From contig NC_092673.1 in the NCBI RefSeq assembly GCF_964355755.1, positions 6,634,001 to 6,698,000 on the forward strand: a stretch of DNA of 64,000 nt. The letters run 5' to 3'. The notes under the pieces were generated by a model. It was not told where the DNA came from. It saw only the letters and a program-made list of their open reading frames with translations, and did no database searches. The DNA is from Antedon mediterranea. Taxonomy: Eukaryota; Animalia; Echinodermata. A program made the translations under genes and the position numbers. Positions 60,061 to 64,000 of the stretch are shown piece by piece; the first letter of the stretch is position 1, and each line of letters opens with the position of its first letter.

Positions 60061-61948
60061 GATAGTCACAAACACTGCCTTTAAAGTCAAAATTAAAATG
60101 TAACACTGTCTTATACAAGGCTATAATAGTTATAATAATAATAATAGTAATTTAATTGTTATTATATAAAATAATTTCGATCAACAACTCACACATAATT
60201 ATTTATTAAATTCTGAATAATATTGTTATTTATTAATAATTGCATTGTATAGGGGCACGTTTTATTGTTTATACATAATTTCTGCCGTTTTTTATATAAC
60301 TGCATCTCCATTCCTACATAAAATGTCTGTCAGCCATTACATAGGCCGTGCATGTTGTTAAGTGATTATTATAAGAAAACATGATTTAGTATCAAAATGG
60401 TAATCATTAACATCACCAGAGCAACATCTACTCATTCTTCAGTCATCAAGATTCATCAATTTTTGTCGCAAACCCATTATCCCAATTTCCAAATAATGAG
60501 GCTAAGAGCGGAATTCTTTGATATATGCAGTGGCTCATATATTATTATTTTCATAATGCTTGAATTCATCATTCAATCTCTACTTCTTCATGTTTTTATT
60601 TTATAATCATCTTCTTCAGTCGACATTTTATTGGGTTTAATACGGAGTAGCCTGATTATGAATAAACGTCAGAATATGGGCATTGTATAAAGATAATAAA
60701 AATGTGTGAGGAGTTAGCATTCGACGTATATTTTGTTGTATTAACCATGTCATTAAACACAACAACCTTTCGGAAACGTAGACAAGTTTAAGTTGTTTAT
60801 TACAACATTAGAACATTGTGTCTTTAAACCTCAATATATTCTTAAAAGCAACAAGTTCACACTAAACAAACTTGTGTCGCATGCTCAAGTTATTGTTTAC
60901 CGGCTAACCGACCAACCGACCGACCAACCGACTGACCGACCAACCAACCGACTGACATAGTGAGTTGTTGTAGAGTCGCGTTGCAAGCGACTAAAAACGA
61001 GTTAGAATTTTAAAGTCATAATATACTTCCTTCCTTCTATTACTATGGCTTACGGTAGGTAATGTATTTATCGGATTGGACTAGGACATATTAGGTATGT
61101 ATAACATATGGAAACATAACCATTCTAATTACGCACTATTGTAGGTGTATGACTAAAATATTGTTACTAAAAGGGCAGCGAAATGAAATAATAAATAAAT
61201 TTCCAGATTAAACATAATGTAGACCTAAAAAGTACACGGGTGGTGAAAATAAGGAGTGCGCCCTCTTTATGTAATTACTCTCAAAACTTTTTTTATGGAC
61301 AGAATCTCATTAGACCAGGGAAGAGTTCCCTGATTAGACTTTGCAGGTAGTATCAAAACTAACAAAGATAATAATTATTTTTGCCACACTAAGTGAATAG
61401 TACCGCTTGATAATAATTAGAGCTTGCCACATGTATGTGTTGTGCATTTGTAAGTCTACATGAAAACAACGTGCCATCCGAGGGACGAGGCATCTTTACC
61501 CCACAAAAAAGGACAAAGAAAGCAACTGGACTGGTCTCTCCCCTTTCCCATTTCATCATACTAGGCCTACTATAATTTACCGGTAGTATAATGACTAAAG
61601 CGCACAATGACGTCATACCTGCATTCGACTTGAAAATAGCAACACTTTTTTTCAGAAGTTGGTACCAAATATTATAATCATGAAAAAGTATGTATACAAA
61701 ATACCCGCTGCGGCGGCATTTAATAAAAATGATTGAATGAGCGTCAAATCTAGAGTGTAGATTAAAACTTTACCCGTTTAGTAGTTTTAAATGCCATCGT
61801 GAAGTAAGTAATTACCTCAGCACAATGATCACGTTGTCAGCTCTCAGACCAATAACTCGTTAGCTAATTAGAGTCAATCATAATTCCAATTTGACCCTTC
61901 CTCGTTGCCGCCAAAGAAATGAAGCATACAATATATTTTGGGAAACAT

Positions 61949-62985
61949 TCAGGCGGCAAATGGGTTAGTTGTAGTATGGCACGCGCCATCTTTGTCGTCT
62001 GATGCTTTATGCTGACGCGCATACGTGCCAACGTTTTCCATCATCGTCTCGCTAGACCTTAAAAAAAAACCAGTTCCAATAGGAAATTCACGGTAATAAA
62101 TCACGGATTTTTCAGAATTAAAACTTAATAAGTAATAAGAGGGCAAACTTGTTCAAAGATTTACGTAATAAAAAAAAGAGCTCTGACGAAACTGAGCGCA
62201 ATTGGGTATATAATAATAAACTGTTATTAATTATACACAATGCCTTCAATGCTTATTTACATTTTAAGCGCAAGTTAATGTTTTCAAAACGTTTTAATAT
62301 TTCGAAATTTACTCCAATAATTGGCAGATTAGATTTATTTAAATGAGTAATGAAAACATAGGTAAAAAATCAGTTAAATTTGTTATGATTTATCTAGGCC
62401 TATACTTCATTTATTGTATACTACTATAGCCTACCGTACTAATTTATTTACACATTTTTTACATGTATTTCAAGATGTATTGTCCCCCTGAAAATTTTTT
62501 TAATTATATTTTTTTGTTGAATATGCCATTTTAATGTCACATAATAATTATCCACTTTGACCAAAAATTGGATTTCGAAAAAAAAATGTATTTACCTGAA
62601 AAAACTGTAATTTAAAGCAAAAAATGGTCAAATTGGCTGCCAGTCAATGGTTTTTGGTGAAATTTAACCATTTATTTTGTCATTTTCTTAGTGAAAACAT
62701 TTTTTTTTCCTATTTTTTTTTCTATGGAAGTGATTAACTTTATTAAAACTACAAAATAACATATTCAAAGTCTGATTTAATTAATCTTCATATTTCATGT
62801 TTTTTGGGGACAATACATCTTTAAACAAAATTCTACCTCATCAACATAAAGATAACGTATACCACGTACGAAAACAGAGACATCAGAATGTCGAGACCAG
62901 AAATCTTCGGGTAGATGTTTTCGAAAAACATGAAGTTTGGTGGTTTTCCGTATTGTGTGAAATTATTAATGATTGTATTGTTCAT
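61949..62985 (-). CDS. Candidate two-exon single-pass membrane microprotein (~85 aa)
   Basis: ATG at 62985 lies just downstream of a tttttttag acceptor near 63006. Exon 62985-62837 (MNNTIINNFTQ...ILMSLFSYVVYVIFMLM AG|GTAGAA) joins in phase 2 to exon 62057-61949 (ttttttttaag|G...SSETMMENV...TTTNPFAA*). No homology recognised. Confidence 0.42.
62473..62820. mobile_element. Kolobok-like MITE, second subfamily
   Basis: AGATGTATTGTCCC...GGGACAATACATCT|TTAA. Shares internal blocks with 1683-1990. A further degenerate left end lies at 38169. Confidence 0.72.
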
Positions 62986-64000
62986 TTATGTTTCAATTTG
63001 AATCTCTAAAAAAATGATTTTTTTTGTTTGATTTTCCTTTCCAACAATCAAATCAAAATTATAACGTTTTTATAATTACTTGCTGCTATGCAGCGGTCTT
63101 CCGGAAGGTCTAGAATGAAAATCTTAAAAACATAAGTGGATTACTTCTAACAAAAATAGTGTTTTTTAAAAGACATTTCAAGATTGTTGAAGGATTTTTA
63201 GTAAGTAAGATTTTGTAATCTATTTCTCTAAACAAAACAGGACCAGACGTAAAACAGGTGCAATATTTATACCTGATATGTTTTTATCTGGTATAAATAT
63301 GTTTTTAAATTAAAAAAAATAATAATTCTCACAAACTGTTACCGATAAGGCTCGGCCTAATCATGGTTTCCGATACAAATCGCCAAATGATATTTCAGAG
63401 ACTCAGAAAATAGTGGTTTTTAGTTTTAATATTCCATTTAATTATAGTAAGGAAAACCTGAAAACATCCCATATTATAGATTTTACCATAATTTACTGGT
63501 TAATCCAAAAGTTCATTTCCACATTAATCGTAGTTTATATCTTTTCGTAAATCCCTAATCCCATTTGGCCTAATCGTAGTTTATCTTTACTTAAATCCCT
63601 AATCCCATTTCAAATGTTCATCCTAATGTTGATACCTATTTAATCCCATACACTATTCCACACTCGTCAAAGCACTTTTATTGATTTCTTATAGAAGAAA
63701 TATCTAATATCGTAATCCCATAACCTAATCTTTATCATAATCCTTTTTTTCGGATTACTTCTATATTTTATTTTTAATCCACGCACAGCTTTTCCAATCA
63801 TCATTATTTTCTAATTGTTAACCTTACAGTTGGAAGTGGCAAACCTTTTAGGGTTTTATACAAAACATTTCTTTATGCGACAGTAATACATACGTTTTAT
63901 TATACCCTTCGGCGGCCCTCGTTTACATGCATCGCTTGCCTCGAATAGAGTCATTCCTGCGACGCAATTTTTACGACTTCATCATTTTTGTTTGATATTT

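Noticed and set aside
60380-60660. Coding-like acidic stretch on the minus strand
   Set aside because: Multiple stops and no recognisable motif or splice sites.
63495-63800. Telomere-like CCCTAATCCC repeats
   Set aside because: Few, degenerate and interspersed copies; not a (TTAGGG)n tract.

Overview
AT-rich animal genomic DNA with spliceosomal GT-AG introns. The repeat content and GPCR subtype suggest an invertebrate deuterostome, probably an echinoderm (inference). Exons were assembled by hand with splice-phase checks. (1) A tandem pair of paralogous multi-exon genes on + (about 2.7-4.6 kb and 9.4-16.4 kb) encodes small proteins with a degenerate FYVE-type zinc finger that lacks the PI3P-binding basic motif and a C-terminal cysteine cluster. 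The ORF track shows only fragments of these genes, and they are the most novel element in the window. (2) A single-coding-exon rhodopsin-class GPCR (30161-31276). (3) A complete 12-exon quiescin sulfhydryl oxidase gene (QSOX, 58216-43070, -). (4) A candidate two-exon ~85-aa single-pass membrane microprotein (-, 62985-61949). The rest is rich in mobile DNA: a young 5'-truncated LINE, DIRS and Merlin fragments upstream of QSOX, Kolobok-, Harbinger-, hAT/P- and Helentron-type non-autonomous elements, tRNA- and 5S-derived SINE remnants, and several minisatellites that explain most long ORFs in the track. No CRISPR array, intact tRNA gene or intact rRNA gene was seen.
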